Positions 13,060 through 30,319 of a stretch of DNA of 64,000 nucleotides are shown piece by piece; the stretch's first letter is position 1; every line of letters begins with the position of its first letter. The DNA comes from Eledone cirrhosa (taxonomy: Eukaryota). A program made the translations under genes and the position numbers. Under the pieces are notes generated by a model, which worked only from the letters and a program-made list of their open reading frames with translations, was not told the DNA's origin and did no database searches. The stretch lies in the NCBI GenBank assembly GCA_964016885.1, contig OZ024741.1:291896001-291960000 (forward strand). The letters run 5' to 3'.

Positions 13060-13880
13060 ACAAACACACCATACCCTTTTCCCAAGTCCTCCGTCTTCGT
13101 CGGCTCTGTAGCCAGGACGACCATTTCGAAACCCATTCCCTTCGCATGGCTTCCTGCTTCATCCAGCATGGATAACCCTCCACCCTGATCCAAGCTGCTC
13201 TCACCCACGCCCGTGGAACAGACTGCACCACAGTCCTCTCACCTCACACCCACCATCCCAACACCCGCGTTCCTTTCCCTGTCACCTACTACCCCATCAC
13301 CTTACCACTCCGGCGACATATCCTCCGTTCCTTCCGCATCCTCTCTTCTGTTCTTGTTACTTCTCGCTTTTTTTCAAACCCACCCATTACTGCTTATAAG
13401 TGCGCCCGCAACCTCCCTGACCTCCTGGTTCACAGTTCCTTCTCGTCCTCTCCCACGACTCCATCCGGCTCTCATCCTTGTTCCCGTTTCCGCTGTAACA
13501 CTTGTCCCTTCATTTCCACCCTCACCACTCTTATAGGCCCTAACGGGTCTTTCAGTATCTGCCACTCGTTAACCTGCACATCCACCCACGTTGTATATGC
13601 CCTCCGGCGAACCCTTTGCGGGTCTTTATATATCGGACAAACGGGACGCCGTATGGCGGACCGTTTTGCCGAGCATTTGAGGGACAGACGACGCGGTTTA
13701 GATACTCCTGTCGCCCGTCATTACTGTTCTCCTGGTCATTCTTCCCTACATGTTTCAGTCCAGAGTGTCCTTTTACATCATGGATCAGAGGCCTCGTGCA
13801 CCAGCACTGAACAAAGTCAGATTCACCGTCCTTGGTCCTATTCCCCTCTTGGACTCAACTCACCTCCCCAATTTCTCTAA
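13060..13880 (+). pseudogene. Neptune-type PLE fragment: RT thumb, Cys linker, GIY-YIG
   Basis: IPFSQVLRLRRLCSQDD, PCSRFRCNTCPFI, CTSTHVVY, LYIGQTGRRMADRFAEHL, PVARHY, PLGLN; frameshifted. Confidence 0.9.
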
Positions 13881-14365
13881 TACCCCATCCATTATCACAC
13901 CCCTAGATTCCTATCTTTTTCTCTTGATCATTAACATTTTCTTTTACAACTAACACAGGCCGACTACATATGCTCTCTCCACTGCTCTGTATACACACAT
14001 ACACACCGTTATATTAACATACTTTTGCTTATAGCTTCGTACTTACATGGACACACACTCTTTTATTCACATATACACACACATTTCTTCTTAGCTTCGT
14101 ACGCACGTATAACACACACACATACACACACACATGCTTACGCACGTGCACAAGTATAGTTCTTTTTACAAAACGGTTTTTTTTTTCTATTTCAGGTAGA
14201 CGCGCTCCATCATCCACTTTCCTAAAAAAATAAATCATACACAAAACGCCAGCACCAACAGTTTTGCAAGAGATGTCAACATGAATGGACCTGTTATTTT
14301 TATCTAAAGACATTTATTCCAATTCCAACCCGCCCGTCCCCTCCATCTATTTTATTTCTCATTCT

Positions 14366-14405
14366 TTCTTCTGATGAAAGTCTAGCGTCCGAAATGTTAA
14401 TACCC
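14366..14405 (+). ncRNA. Decayed HHR in probable PLE pseudo-LTR
   Basis: CTGATGA aagtctagcgtcc GAAA tgtta; stems poorly paired; related 3' half (gtccGAAACGTA...tcaagcgttaa) at ~37305-37360. Confidence 0.45.
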
Positions 14406-14527
14406 TCTTCCTGCTATATCAAGCGTTAACCTAATATATCCCTTCTATATACTGTACCGATTGTGTTATTTCTGTTCACCTTTTACATATATATATATAT
14501 GTGTGTGAGTGTGTGTGGGGGGGGGTA

Positions 14528-14615
<88 letters not shown>

Positions 14616-14785
14616 TTTGTTTGTGTATGGGGCATAGTATAAAGCCCTTAACATTTCAGAGTTCTCTGTAAGTTATGTCCATGGGTAATGTTATAACTTG
14701 GCAATTAGAAAAAGTCAGAAATCGTTGTTAGTGTTGATGTGAGGAGTTCTGTTTTAATGGTCCCCAATATTGGCATATAGATTTA

Positions 14786-14862
14786 ATATGGCTTTGATAT
14801 GACTTTGATACGGCTTTGATACGGCTTTGATATGGCTTTTATATAGCTTTCATGTAACTTTG
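14786..14862. repeat. 11-bp minisatellite x7 (atayggctttg)
   Basis: Direct reading of tandem units. Confidence 0.85.
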
Positions 14863-14999
14863 ATGTGAACCATATGATTATTTCTCTTGTTTGTATATTT
14901 ACGTCATTGCCTTCGTCTTTGATTTCATATATCACATACGTAAATTTGCTTTCCTATGTATGTATATATATGTGATTATACATACATACACAAAATAAA

Positions 15000-15480
15000 T
15001 AAATACATACAGAAGCACAATAACAACAAACACATATAAACACACACTAGTAAACTAAGATATAATACAATAACCAATACACAGTCACCCAAACACGAAC
15101 ACACATCAAACACTATACACACATGCAAACGCATGAGCAGAGAAGACAAAAAAATATATATATATAAATAAATAAATAAACAGACTAAATAAAGATGGCG
15201 TAGGCATACAATACAACGGGAGGAAAGATAATAGCACCACTGACGATGTTGCAGATGTGCAACGAAAGAACTTTGTTAGACTATATATATATGTGTTTGT
15301 GTCTATATTGTATCTGTATTTTTGACCGTTGGTCAGTCAATGGTAACATTGAAGACCGAATAAATTAAATTAACCGATATATAAAAGACACAGAAGCGAA
15401 AACCAGCCAAACACTGAGTGTGTTCTGTTATTAATTCTGGCAATATTATTACACAAATATGACCCTCCCCAAGTATAACA

Positions 15481-15483
<3 letters not shown>
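15000..15483 (+). mobile_element. PLE pseudo-LTR-like segment with HHR motif at 15235-15277
   Basis: CTGACGA T GTTGCA gatg TGCAAC GAAA; shares aagatggcgtagg and atgaccctccc(c/a)aagtataacaatat with 51500-51975; ends in (TA)n; left boundary approximate. Confidence 0.7.
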
Positions 15484-15542
<59 letters not shown>

Positions 15543-15561
15543 TTATGTGTGTGTGTGTGTA

Positions 15562-15643
<82 letters not shown>

Positions 15644-15699
15644 CAACTACAGTCGAAAAAGTTGCCAGTGTGAGAGGTGCTGTAATACTGAGTAGCTGC

Positions 15700-16170
15700 A
15701 TTTCTATTCATTATGTCTGACACTGCCAAGAAAGGTTCTGAGTTCCTCTATACTTTGGTAACTGGAGATTAGACGTGGGTGAATATGTAAAACCTGAAAA
15801 CCTAAGCTCACTCATCACAGCGAAAGCGTTCACCGTCCCCATGACACCCAAAAGGACGTCAGATGGAGGCTAAAATCAGCAGCCGTGTTATGCACTAGAA
15901 GGATCATGACAAATGTATCATTACAGCACTCCCGTTAATTCGTCGCAGCTGATCCAAGGTTTCTTGGCAAAGAAGCGCATTTCGCTCATTCATGAAAGAA
16001 AATTTTCCGCTTTGAAAATTAAGAGGGCATAAGCAAACTCCCACGGTTGAACTGAGCGCCTTTCTGGAAGAAGCATTTTGGATGTGCTTCGAACAGTGGA
16101 AGGATTGCTGTGCTAAGTGTGTGTGAGTTGGCGGGTGGCACAAGGGGCCTATTTCAATTTCAGAAAATAT
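15700..16170 (+). pseudogene. Internally deleted mariner transposase remnant
   Basis: EFLYTLVTGD*TWV (first catalytic D region), LIQGFLAKKRI, FWMCFEQWKDCCAKCV (C-terminus). Confidence 0.7.
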
Positions 16171-16560
16171 TTTCCCAGTTTAATGTCGGATGCTTATATA
16201 TTTATATATAGGTGTCAATGTGCGCATGTGTGGGAAAGGGGGAAGGGAGGAGGGCAAGAGATAAGATGAGATATGGGTGTTTATAATCATGTCTCATTAT
16301 ATATGCCGAGGTTAACTTTGCCTTTCATCCTTACGTGGTCGATGAAATAAAGTACCAGTAATACACTGGGATAATTGCTGGCCTTGTGCCAAAAGTAGAA
16401 ACAATTATATATATATATTTATTCATATATATTTATTTATTCACACTCCACACACTCGGATATATATACAAACACATTTATACGATTTCACTCACACATA
16501 CACACACAAACGCGCACAGACACACACACACACACACACACACATACATACATATATGTA

Positions 16561-16591
<31 letters not shown>

Positions 16592-16964
16592 GTGTGTGTG
16601 TGAGCGTGTGTGTGTGTGTGTATGTGAGTGTGTCTGTGTATACATACATATATATATATACACACAATTCTGAAACCTTATATTGTAATTATATTCCGTT
16701 TAATATGGTCTCCATTGAAATTCCTAGCTATTAATTTCCATTTGATAATTTCGAGTTATGCTGCTTAGTGGTTAAGACTTAATACTACTGCTGCATATAT
16801 TTAATAAACGTGTGATAACTTTGTACATTTGATATGTTGCAGTAAAGCAGTTGTCTGGCAAAGTTTCGACGATCATAAGATATCAAATGATTAACATATT
16901 TAGTGTATTTGTATGTACATCAGTGGCGTGTATAAACACACACACACACACACATACACACACG

Positions 16965-17053
<89 letters not shown>

Positions 17054-17149
17054 ACACTCACACACATACACACACATGCGCATACTCAAACACACACGCA
17101 CAAAGACATACACTCACACACATATTTATACATTCTCGTACCTTCTTGT

Positions 17150-17350
17150 CGTACTCTTGGAGATTATTGTAGTTTAGGTTATTTGGGGTTCATAAGTTGC
17201 CGTGAGTGGCGTTCCCACTCTTTTGGGGGATTTTTATTGTTCCTAATTTATTATTTATTGTTATCTGTTTTATTTATTTACAAATTTCCAAGTTTTTGTA
17301 AATCCTCACTGTCCCCCACTTTGTTTCGGCCCTTGTGGCCACTAAAGAAA
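17150..17350 (+). mobile_element. 3' UTR fragment of a related Tx1/L1 family
   Basis: tgtaaatcctcactgtccccactttgtttcggcccttgtggccactaaagaaa resembles the terminus at 9215-9276. Confidence 0.55.
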
Positions 17351-18629
17351 TATTTATTATTGTATGTTATTATTATGTCGGTTGGCAGTATCGGTAGAGT
17401 GTCGGACGCCATGCTTTGCAGTATAGAGCTATGGCTCTTTTCGCTCTGAGTGCAAATCCAGCCGTGGTTAACTTCGCCTTTCATCCTTACGGGGTTCATA
17501 AAATAAAACACCAGTAATGCACTGGGGTATTTGCTGGCCTTGTGCCAAAAGTAGAAACAATTATTACGGCAATATCGGTAGAGCGTCAGTCAACACGCTT
17601 TGTGGCATAGAGTTACGGTCCTATACATTCTAATTTCGAATTCCACTGAGGTTTAGCTTTGTCTTTCATCCTTAGAGGTCGATAAAACAAAGCACAAGTA
17701 ATGCACGGGGGTCGATTAAATAAGACGAAAACGAAAACAAAAAACAAAAAAACAAAAATGCACCACGTGTAGTGTGTCTACTTAACATGAAGGATAACCA
17801 CAATAGGTCTGTACAACCTTCTTAGAACACAGATACATTCAGTTGAGTCAAATTCTCGATACCAATAAACAAGATTAGATTAAGATAGTACGGTGAAATT
17901 AAACATGTTATTACATTGGGCAATTTAAAAATTTGATTTATTTGAAATTGTGTGTGAGTGTGTGTGTGTGTGTGGGGGGGGGGGGCACCGCTCTCATGCG
18001 TAACTACAGCATTATATTAATGTATAGGGTCAGACGCCATGCTTTGACGCATAGGTTTACGGCCCTGGCCATTCTGAGTACAAATCCCGCCAAGGTTAAC
18101 TTTGCCTTTTAACCTTACTGGGTCGATAAAATAAAGTACCATTAATACAATGGGTAATTGCTGGCCTTGTGCCAAAAGTAGAAACAATTATATCAATGTA
18201 TAAATATAACTGGCTATCCTTATGTTTATTTTATATAAACGTTTTACATATTACTCTTTTACTCTTTTACCTGTTCCTACTGAGACCATGCTGGATATGT
18301 TCATGTACACCTATGCTGTATACATGTATAACTATAGACTGACTCACCATACAAAATACAATCATGGAATTACAAAAACCACCGCCAACAACAACAATAA
18401 GAAGAAGAATATTGGTTTCTACTTTAGGCACAAGGCCAGCAATTTTTTGGGGAAGGGGAAGTCGATTAAATCGACCCTAGTATGCTACTGGTACTTTATT
18501 TTATCGACTCCGTAAGGATGAAAGGCAAAGCTTAACTTGGCGTGATTTGAACTCATAACGTAAAGGGCCGTAACTCTCTGTCGAGAAGCAGGGCATCCGA
18601 TGCTCTGCAGATACGGCCAATCTAACGTC

Positions 18630-18668
18630 CTAGACAAGTTTAGAGGCTAGCACACTCTGTAGGATCTG

Positions 18669-18733
<65 letters not shown>

Positions 18734-19343
18734 CTGTGTCTCACATCGTATCCGAGTGTAAACACCTAGCCCAGACTCACTATAAAGGATGGAGGCACGA
18801 TATAATAGGAAAGGTGATTAACTGGCAGTCATGCAAACTAAATAATTTACCACATTCTGAGAAGTGGTATGAGCAAAGGCCAGAGTCGGTGATAGAAAAC
18901 GATCAATTCGAGGTGCTATGGGATTTCAGGATACAAACGGACAAAGAATTAGAACACAATAGGTCTACACTGGTGGATTTTGACATGGAAAAAAGATCGT
19001 GCCTGATTGTAGATGTAGCCTGCCCCTTTGACACAAGTGTACAAGAAAAGGAAAAGGAGAAAATTAACCGATACCAAGATTTAAAGTGGGAATTAAAGAC
19101 TTTCATGAGATCAAATTCGTCCCGATTGTCATGGGAAAACTAGGTATTATATCGAAGTGTTTTCCAGGATGGTTAAAGAACATTAGTTCAGCCACCTTTC
19201 TTTGAACACTTCAAAAGGCTTGATTGCTGGGAACAGCAAGAATCCTCCGATACGTCCTGAATATCTGAAGCTGCAGGTAGCGGCTTAATATTCATTTAAA
19301 CAATCAATGACTGAGACTCTAAGAGGGTAAAAATAATAATAAT
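18630..19343 (+). mobile_element. R4/Dong-clade non-LTR retrotransposon 3' fragment (restriction-like endonuclease)
   Basis: CRICG..ETVSHIVSEC knuckle, WRHD, LWDFRIQTD, LIVDVACPFD, EKEKINRYQDL, LLGTARILRYVL*; ends in (TAA)n-like tail. Confidence 0.9.
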
Positions 19344-20573
19344 GATTTCTAGTATAGGCACAAAGCCAGTAATTGAGGGAAGGGGAAAGTCGATTAAATC
19401 GACTCCAGTGCATTACTGGTGCTTTATTTTATCAACCCCGTAAGGATGAAAGGCAAAGTTAACCTCGGGGCATTTGAACTCAGACCGTAAATGACCGTAA
19501 AGGACCGTAACTCTATGCTGAAAAGCTTGGGGTCCGACTCTCAATAATAATGATTTCTTATATAGGCACAAGGCCAGCAATTCCGGGGGAAGGGAAAGTC
19601 GATTAAATCGACTCCAGTACGTGACTGGTTCTTATTTTATCGTCATTTTCACTCTCACTTATCCTCTTACTCCCACTGTCTTTAATTCACCCCCTCTCTC
19701 TCTCTCTCTAACACACAAGTTCACCGAACATCCACAGGTAAACCTATTTCTAGGTTTACTGTTTACTATTATTGTTGTTGCTGTATCTATCATCATTATC
19801 GCTGTTATTGTTGCTAATCATAATTGTTTCTACTTTTGGCACAAGGTCAGCAATTACACCAGTGTATTACTGGTACTTTATTTTATCGACCCCCGTAAGG
19901 ATGAAAGGCAAAGTTAACCTCGGCGGGTTTTGAACTCAGACCATAAAGGGTTGTAACTCTATGCTTCAAAGTATGGCGTCCGACCCTCTACCGATACTGC
20001 CAATCCACGAATCAACAAAATAAGCAATGACTTTTAACACATTAAAACAAATTCTCTATACGCAACATCATCAACAAAAATATTTAATATCTAATCAAGA
20101 ATAAATCTGAATTTTATAACTAAGCAATGCATGTAAACTGAAAAAAGATAAACAATAACCTAATAACATTAAAATGAAAATTGATTGACTACACTGGAAC
20201 TAAGCATATATTATTTTATTTTGATTTGCTTAACTATCTAGAATAAAATTTCAAATATTGCGACTCCTCAGGGAATTCTTGAAATAATCATTGACATAGC
20301 TGTCTGTCTCAATTGAATACATAATGCATTTCTTATAATATCTCACCGTTTGGCTCTGTCTATGAATGTTTCTCTTAATGTATATATGTCTCATTTATAT
20401 GTATCTATGAGTGTGTATATGTATATGCATAAATGTATGTATATCTGAGACAGAGACGCACGCATGGTCATAAGAACACAACACATTTTTTGCCCCTTCT
20501 TCATATATCTATGTGTATATATATATATATATATGCGTGTATATATAAATATATAAATATATATATATATATG

Positions 20574-21026
<453 letters not shown>

Positions 21027-21056
21027 CATAACTCCTGTGTTACACCTCTATTCTTT

Positions 21057-21132
<76 letters not shown>

Positions 21133-21825
21133 CAAATACACGAAAAATAAATTTATATATACATGTATATATATATATGTGTGAGTGTGTGTGTGCGTGT
21201 GTGTCTGTGGGCCTGTGTCTGTGTGTGTGTGGGTGGGTGTGGGTGGGGGGGGGGGGGGGGCGTGTGTATGTGATCATGCATTTGCATGCAGACGTGTTTG
21301 TTTTGTTCTCTGTTTCATAATTCGATATGTAAAAGTTTATTCTTGTCTAGACAAGCATAACTATAATCTATATATCTGTTATGCTTGTTGGTGTAAGTCT
21401 GTTTATGTGTGCATATATCTATAGAAATATGTTCATACTCACATATATACATTCATATATACATACATGTACATACATATATATGGTTGAATATGAATAT
21501 ATATATATATATACATGTTTACACGCACACACACACACACACACTATATATATATGTATATATATATACAAATAAAATTTCAGCGAGAATCTCATTTTCG
21601 GCAGGTAGGAAAAGCGAAGCGAAACGCAAAAATCAGAAATGATACTGGCAAAGTGTTCGATAGTTAAAAACCAGAGCTAAACAATATAAATAAATATATA
21701 TATATATAAACATATATATATATATCTTTTTATATATATATTCATATATATATATATCTATATAAAAAACATGGAAAGAAACAGGAAAACTGCATGATTG
21801 CACATGGGTTATATATTATAAAATT

Positions 21826-21936
21826 AGTCCCTCATCAGTGATTTGCCAACCATCATTGGTATTTCATCGCATTAAAAATCATATACCTCAGGTTGGTGCA
21901 AGCAATAACTAAAATAAGCTATTGGGACAAGTGAAT
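21826..21936. repeat. Conserved structured element (copy A; copy B at 61851-61961)
   Basis: Ungapped 111-bp alignment with 26 mismatches; two hairpins; CTGATGA on - strand. Confidence 0.75.
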
Positions 21937-22126
21937 CGCGTAAAGCGAATGAGACAAGTAAACAACAAGAAGGAAAAGCAAACCGAAGGTAGGAAAAAAG
22001 CAAGCAACATGATGGTTATCCGATCAGCATGAACTGGGTGAATTTCATGAGCGGTCAGAAAACAGACCGTTCGACGTGAATGAGATGTGAGAAAGAAAGA
22101 ATATATATATATATATATATATACAA

Positions 22127-22285
22127 GTATGACCCCGACGGCAGAGCTCAAGCCGTTTCGACCGTCGAAACGGCTTTAGCTCTGCCGTCGGGGTCATACA
22201 TGTTCCTATTACCGACTCTACTACCCTAAGTATTGAGTACTTTGATGCGTTATGGTCCATCTGGTTCCTTACCACATTTCCTTCG

Positions 22286-22328
<43 letters not shown>

Positions 22329-22497
22329 AACCAGTAAGACCCCGACAGCTGAGCTCAAGCCGTTTCGAATTAGCCGTCGAAACGGCTTGAGCTCAGCTGT
22401 CGGGGTCTTACTGGTTCCTATTACCCACTCTACTACCTCAAGTATTGAGTACTTTGGTGCGTTATGGTCCACCTGGTTCCTTACCACATTTCCTTCG

Positions 22498-22500
<3 letters not shown>
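22127..22500 (+). mobile_element. Two tandem fold-back insertions of one PLE-type 3'-end family (22127-22288, 22324-22500)
   Basis: Palindromes 22127-22199 and 22324-22421 centred just 5' of tcGAAAC; each continues as a ~80-90-nt tail ending ttcgtta|(TA)n. Confidence 0.88.
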
Positions 22501-22541
<41 letters not shown>

Positions 22542-22552
22542 TATATATATAT

Positions 22553-23368
<816 letters not shown>

Positions 23369-23567
23369 TAATAAATTAATATATATGTATATATATATAT
23401 ATAATATTAAGGATTCTATTTATGGTTATGTATATACTAAAACTTTTTATAGTTACGTATATTTTAAACCCTAAACAGTGAAGATCAGTAATTTATTACT
23501 ACCTTATTACCAGTAACATAAATAGCTCAATGTAATAACATCAGTTGTTCTACAGAGCAGTTATATG

Positions 23568-24763
23568 GAATTCACAAGAATCAAAGCTATGTTCAAATCA
23601 TTTATTCACTTACAATTGTTTCATCCAAACCTAGGCTTGGGGTCTTCGGACCATTTTTCAATGTTTGTACACATAATTGACCTCCTTTCCAACGCAAGAG
23701 ACATACAGATACATATATATATATATTGATGTACAGTGGAGTGACATATATTATACTATATTATTTCTGTATAGCAATTCAAATTCAAAATCAAATCAAA
23801 ATTAAAATTAAAATAAAATTAAAATAAAATTAAAATACCTTCGGCAGTTAACACAGATAATGCAAGAGGATAGTTTGATAATCAGGTCTAGTAGGTAGTG
23901 TATGCGTTAGTTACACGTAGGGCATGCAAGTGTATCCCATTTATATATGATTATTGTGTGGTAGGGTGTTACATGTAATACAAGCACTTTAAGCGGGTAA
24001 GTAAGAGTATTATGGTGGTTGTAGTGGTAAGGTATTGTTTGTATATAATAAAAAAGTATGTGTGCAGAAAAATAAAAATAAAAAGGAGAAGCAAAAGAAA
24101 GTTATGGTTTTCGTATCCACCACCATTTTCACATTCAGGAAAAGTAATATATACCCAGGAAAAGTAATATATAGTTTTTCTATACTTTTCCTGAATGTGA
24201 AAATGGTGGTGGATACGAAAGCCATAACTTTCTTTTGCTTCTGCTTTTTATTTTTATTTTTCTGCATACATACTTTTTTATTATATACAAAAAATATCTT
24301 ACCACTACAACCACCATAATACTCTTACTTACCCGCTTAAAGTGCTTGTATTACATGTAACACCCTGCCACACAATAATCATATATAAATGGGACACACT
24401 TACATGCCCCACGTGTAACTAACGCATACACTAACTACTATATCTGACTAACAAACTAGCCTCTTGCATTATCTGTGTTAACTGCCGAATGTATTTTAAT
24501 TTTGTTTTAATTTTGTTTTAATTTTAATTTTGTTTTGATTTTGAATTTGAATTGCTATACAGAAATAATATAGTATAATATATGTCACTCCACTGTACAT
24601 CAATATATATATATATATGTATCTGTATGTCTCTTGCGTTGGAAAGGAGGTCAATTATGTGTACAAACATTGAAAAATGGTCCGAAGACCCCAAGCCTAG
24701 GTTTGGATGAAACAATTGTAAGTGAATAAATGCTTTGAACATAGCTTTGATTCTTGTGAATTC
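23568..24763. repeat. 1.2-kb palindrome, ~580-bp arms, 36-nt spacer
   Basis: 23568-24146 vs 24183-24763; both arms carry CCGAAGA..ccaagc ctag gtttgg..GAAAC AATT GTA (24682-24720 and mirror) ~43 nt from the outer ends. Confidence 0.95.
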
Positions 24764-25331
24764 TCTCTCTCTCTCTATATATATATATATAACGAAGGCA
24801 GTGTGAAAGAGAGTGAGACAGAAAAACAAAGAGAGAGAAAGAGAGAATAAGAAAATGAGTGAATGTATGTATGTGTGTGAGTAAATATATGTAAGTGTGT
24901 GTGATTGTACATATTACTAAATGTATTTCTGTTTATATATATAAATGTATTAGCCTGTATGTAAGTATGTATGTGTGCTTTATGTATATGTGTATATTAT
25001 GTATATGTGTACATTTGTGTATATAGGTACACATACTTATGTCTATATATCCAGGACAATTCGTCATTGTTCGGTCACAAATGTCATCTGCAAAAACAGA
25101 ATATATAATAATCGATCAATAATTCGATCAATCATCATGATTATGTTCATCATCATCATCTTCAACACCATCATCATCACCCTCATCAACATCATCATCA
25201 TCATCATCATCAACTTCACGGTCTTCATCATCATCAACATCCTCATTGTCATCATTATTATCGTCAGTTATTGTCCAAATCATCATTGTTGTTAGTTATC
25301 GTCGGTAAAATAATCATCGTTATTATTATCT

Positions 25332-25510
25332 AGGGCGGTGGATTGGCAGTATCGGTAGAGAGTCGGACGCCAGGCTTTCCAACAGAGTTACATCCCTTTA
25401 CGGTCTGAGTTCGAATCCCGCCGAGGTTCACTTTGCCTTTCATCCTTACGGGTTCGATAAAATAAAGTACCAGTAAGGTACTGGAGTAATTGATGGCCTT
25501 GAGCCTATAT
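25332..25510 (+). mobile_element. Octopus-type tRNA-SINE (further copies approx. 31002-31135+, 31675-32105+, 37205-37300-, 39655-39925-, 40587-40925+, 54838-55000-, 55255-55500+, 60283-60465+)
   Basis: Full head ggcggtggattggcagtatcggtagag, B-box gagttcgaatccc and gcctttcatccttac core. Confidence 0.9.
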
Positions 25511-25724
25511 ACGAAACCCTTATCGTCATAATCATCGTCAACATCATCACCGACATTATCATTATCGTTATTATCATCATCAACATAATCATCATCATCA
25601 TCATCATTATCATCATCAATATAATCATTGTCATCAGCATTATCGTCATTATGATTGTCAACATAAATGTCTTCATCATTAACATCGTCATTATTATCTT
25701 CTTTATCGTTGTCAACCTCTTCAA

Positions 25725-25950
25725 CGACAACCAGCGGCTGAAACTTTCGATTTTCCTGAAGACATTGGAAGATCTGCAGCGGTTTTTCTAAGGCCCTTTT
25801 ATATTGTTTTAGAAGGATTGCTAGGAACCTGTCAAGTCCCGTAGCTGAAGTTGAGCTCATCATCTAATATTACATATTCCTCCTGTCTTTCTATGTACAG
25901 TGCTGTGATGTCCAAGAACTCATCTGGCATATGTGTAAGCATCTGCTCGA
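25725..25950 (-). pseudogene. CR1/L2-like LINE RT fragment
   Basis: [35 protein letters not shown] resembles the GPD..LLK...LA.PL..LF region at the RT N-terminus. Confidence 0.6.
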
Positions 25951-26015
25951 TCGGGGATATGAAAACACATTTGTATTGTTCATTCAATATTTCACTTACA
26001 CCCCTTCCATATATA

Positions 26016-26127
<112 letters not shown>

Positions 26128-26134
26128 ATATATA

Positions 26135-26332
26135 TACGAGGGTCTTTGAAAGGTTCCTGGCTGAGCATGTAACAGGGGCCTGGATGGAGACTCAACCATC
26201 CGAGGTTTTTTTACAGGGCTTAGAAAAACCCGAAGGACTGCTGCAATTAATATGTTGAATAAAATCGTAATTAATTGATCCTCCTGTATTTTCTTTTATC
26301 GAAAGCCAGAAACTTTTCAGCTCCACCTCCTA
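26135..26332. mobile_element. Mariner-derived MITE
   Basis: TA-cgagggtctttgaaaggttcctggct ... agccagaaacttttcagctccacctcc-TA: imperfect ~28-bp TIRs with TA flanks. Confidence 0.7.
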
Positions 26333-26420
26333 TATATATATACACACACATATATATATATATACATACATATATATAAATATTCCAACTTTTCACTATA
26401 TATATACATACATACATACA

Positions 26421-26527
<107 letters not shown>

Positions 26528-26609
26528 GTTATTCCGGGTTGAATCGGAGGTAACCACAGTAAGTAAGGTACTCAATACATAGCAGAGTATAAAGGTTTTA
26601 ATATAGATG

Positions 26610-26660
26610 AGATTCTACAGGACAAGAACTGTTTCATTCTTTAGAAATCATCAGGAATCT
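26610..26660 (-). ncRNA. Type I hammerhead ribozyme in a PLE-type 3' end (element terminus at 26525)
   Basis: AGATTC CTGATGA t TTC taaa GAA t GAAA CAG ttcttgtc CTG TA^GAATCT. Confidence 0.75.
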
Positions 26661-27099
26661 GGGTATCAAAAAATAAAAATGGTATTTATAGGTCTCTACA
26701 AGTGGTAGGAGAGGGTGGGGAGTGGGATGGGTGTAGGTCATTGGTTGATAGAAAAGGGAATTCATTAAAAGCTAATTCTACGAAGCTATAGTTTATTTTT
26801 ATTTATTTATGTTTTTAGTAACAAGGGCAGACAGAATTCTATAAACAGGTTCCGGATGGCATACCATTCCTTGTCAATAAGTTTCTCTTAAGCTAACAGA
26901 TGTCTATAAGATCAGTGGGGGGTCATTCATGGTCCATAGAATTAAAGAAAAGGGAGATTCTTTAAAAGTCATTAAGGTTCTACTAAGTGACAGAGGTCGA
27001 GAGAATTCTGTAGACGGGTTTCAAAATACTGAGTGCATATCTTACAATTATCTTCGAACTTCTCTTAAACGAATCAACTATATGCCAAAAATCAACAGA

Positions 27100-29670
<2,571 letters not shown>

Positions 29671-30319
29671 TTCATTTCTGCACACATAGTACACGATTTA
29701 CATGAAATATTTATCGATAACTACTGATCCATAACATTAAGTTTCATGTCTATAGCAATTTTCGTGTGTAAAGCCATTTTTAGACGGATATGGCGACAAA
29801 GATCCTGTCGAGAAGAGAAACAGCTGCCAAGAATCAAATCATTTTAATCGGCTAAAGTCTTCATCTTCGCTATTCGAAGAACAAATGTAAAGCCTGCATT
29901 TATTGCAAATGGTCTATTATATTTCATTTGGACCGGAAATAGGAAAATGATTTTGTAGCATTCATCGCCGCATTTAAAGAATTAGACTTTCCGGTGCAGC
30001 GAGGAATTTTGAGTTGTGGAGTCAGGATTTCCTCTTCAATAACTGGATTAATGCTTGATTGCCCGCACTGATATGGTTGTTGAGCACGACTTCTCTGCAT
30101 ATCACTGCAACAGTCATTGAGGAATTATTAATCAGTTGACCCAGTGTCTCCATGAGCTAGATTCTTAAACAAATTCGACATTCCAGAGATCCTGAATAGA
30201 ACTCTTCTTCTCTAGAACAACAGCTGTATCAATTTCCTGTGGATCTGAATCGTTCAGATGGGGCAATAACTTCGGTGGAGATCTATATATTTGATATAAA
30301 ATGTTAACGGTAAAGACAT

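Larger units (their letters stand above)
16305..20008. mobile_element. Cluster of ~8 copies of an octopus-type tRNA-SINE (approx. 16305-16408+, 17380-17565+, 17566-17720+, 18025-18192+, 18410-18625-, 19345-19540-, 19550-19640-, 19822-20008-)
   Basis: Repeated ggcagtatcggtagag...gagttcaaatcccgccgaggttaactttgcctttcatccttacggggtcgataaaataaagtaccag...ggccttgtgccaaaagtagaaacaatt. Confidence 0.9.

Noticed and set aside
21845-21900. SECIS-like ATGA..GA hairpin (selenoprotein PLE idea)
   Set aside because: Helix between the motifs is too short, ATGA is not kept in copy B, and the intact PLE ORF has no in-frame TGA
29900-30282. Possible host exon on - strand after tatag acceptor (SPPKLLPHLNDSDPQEID...)
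   Set aside because: Stops in all frames within ~40 codons, no recognisable domain and no partner exons
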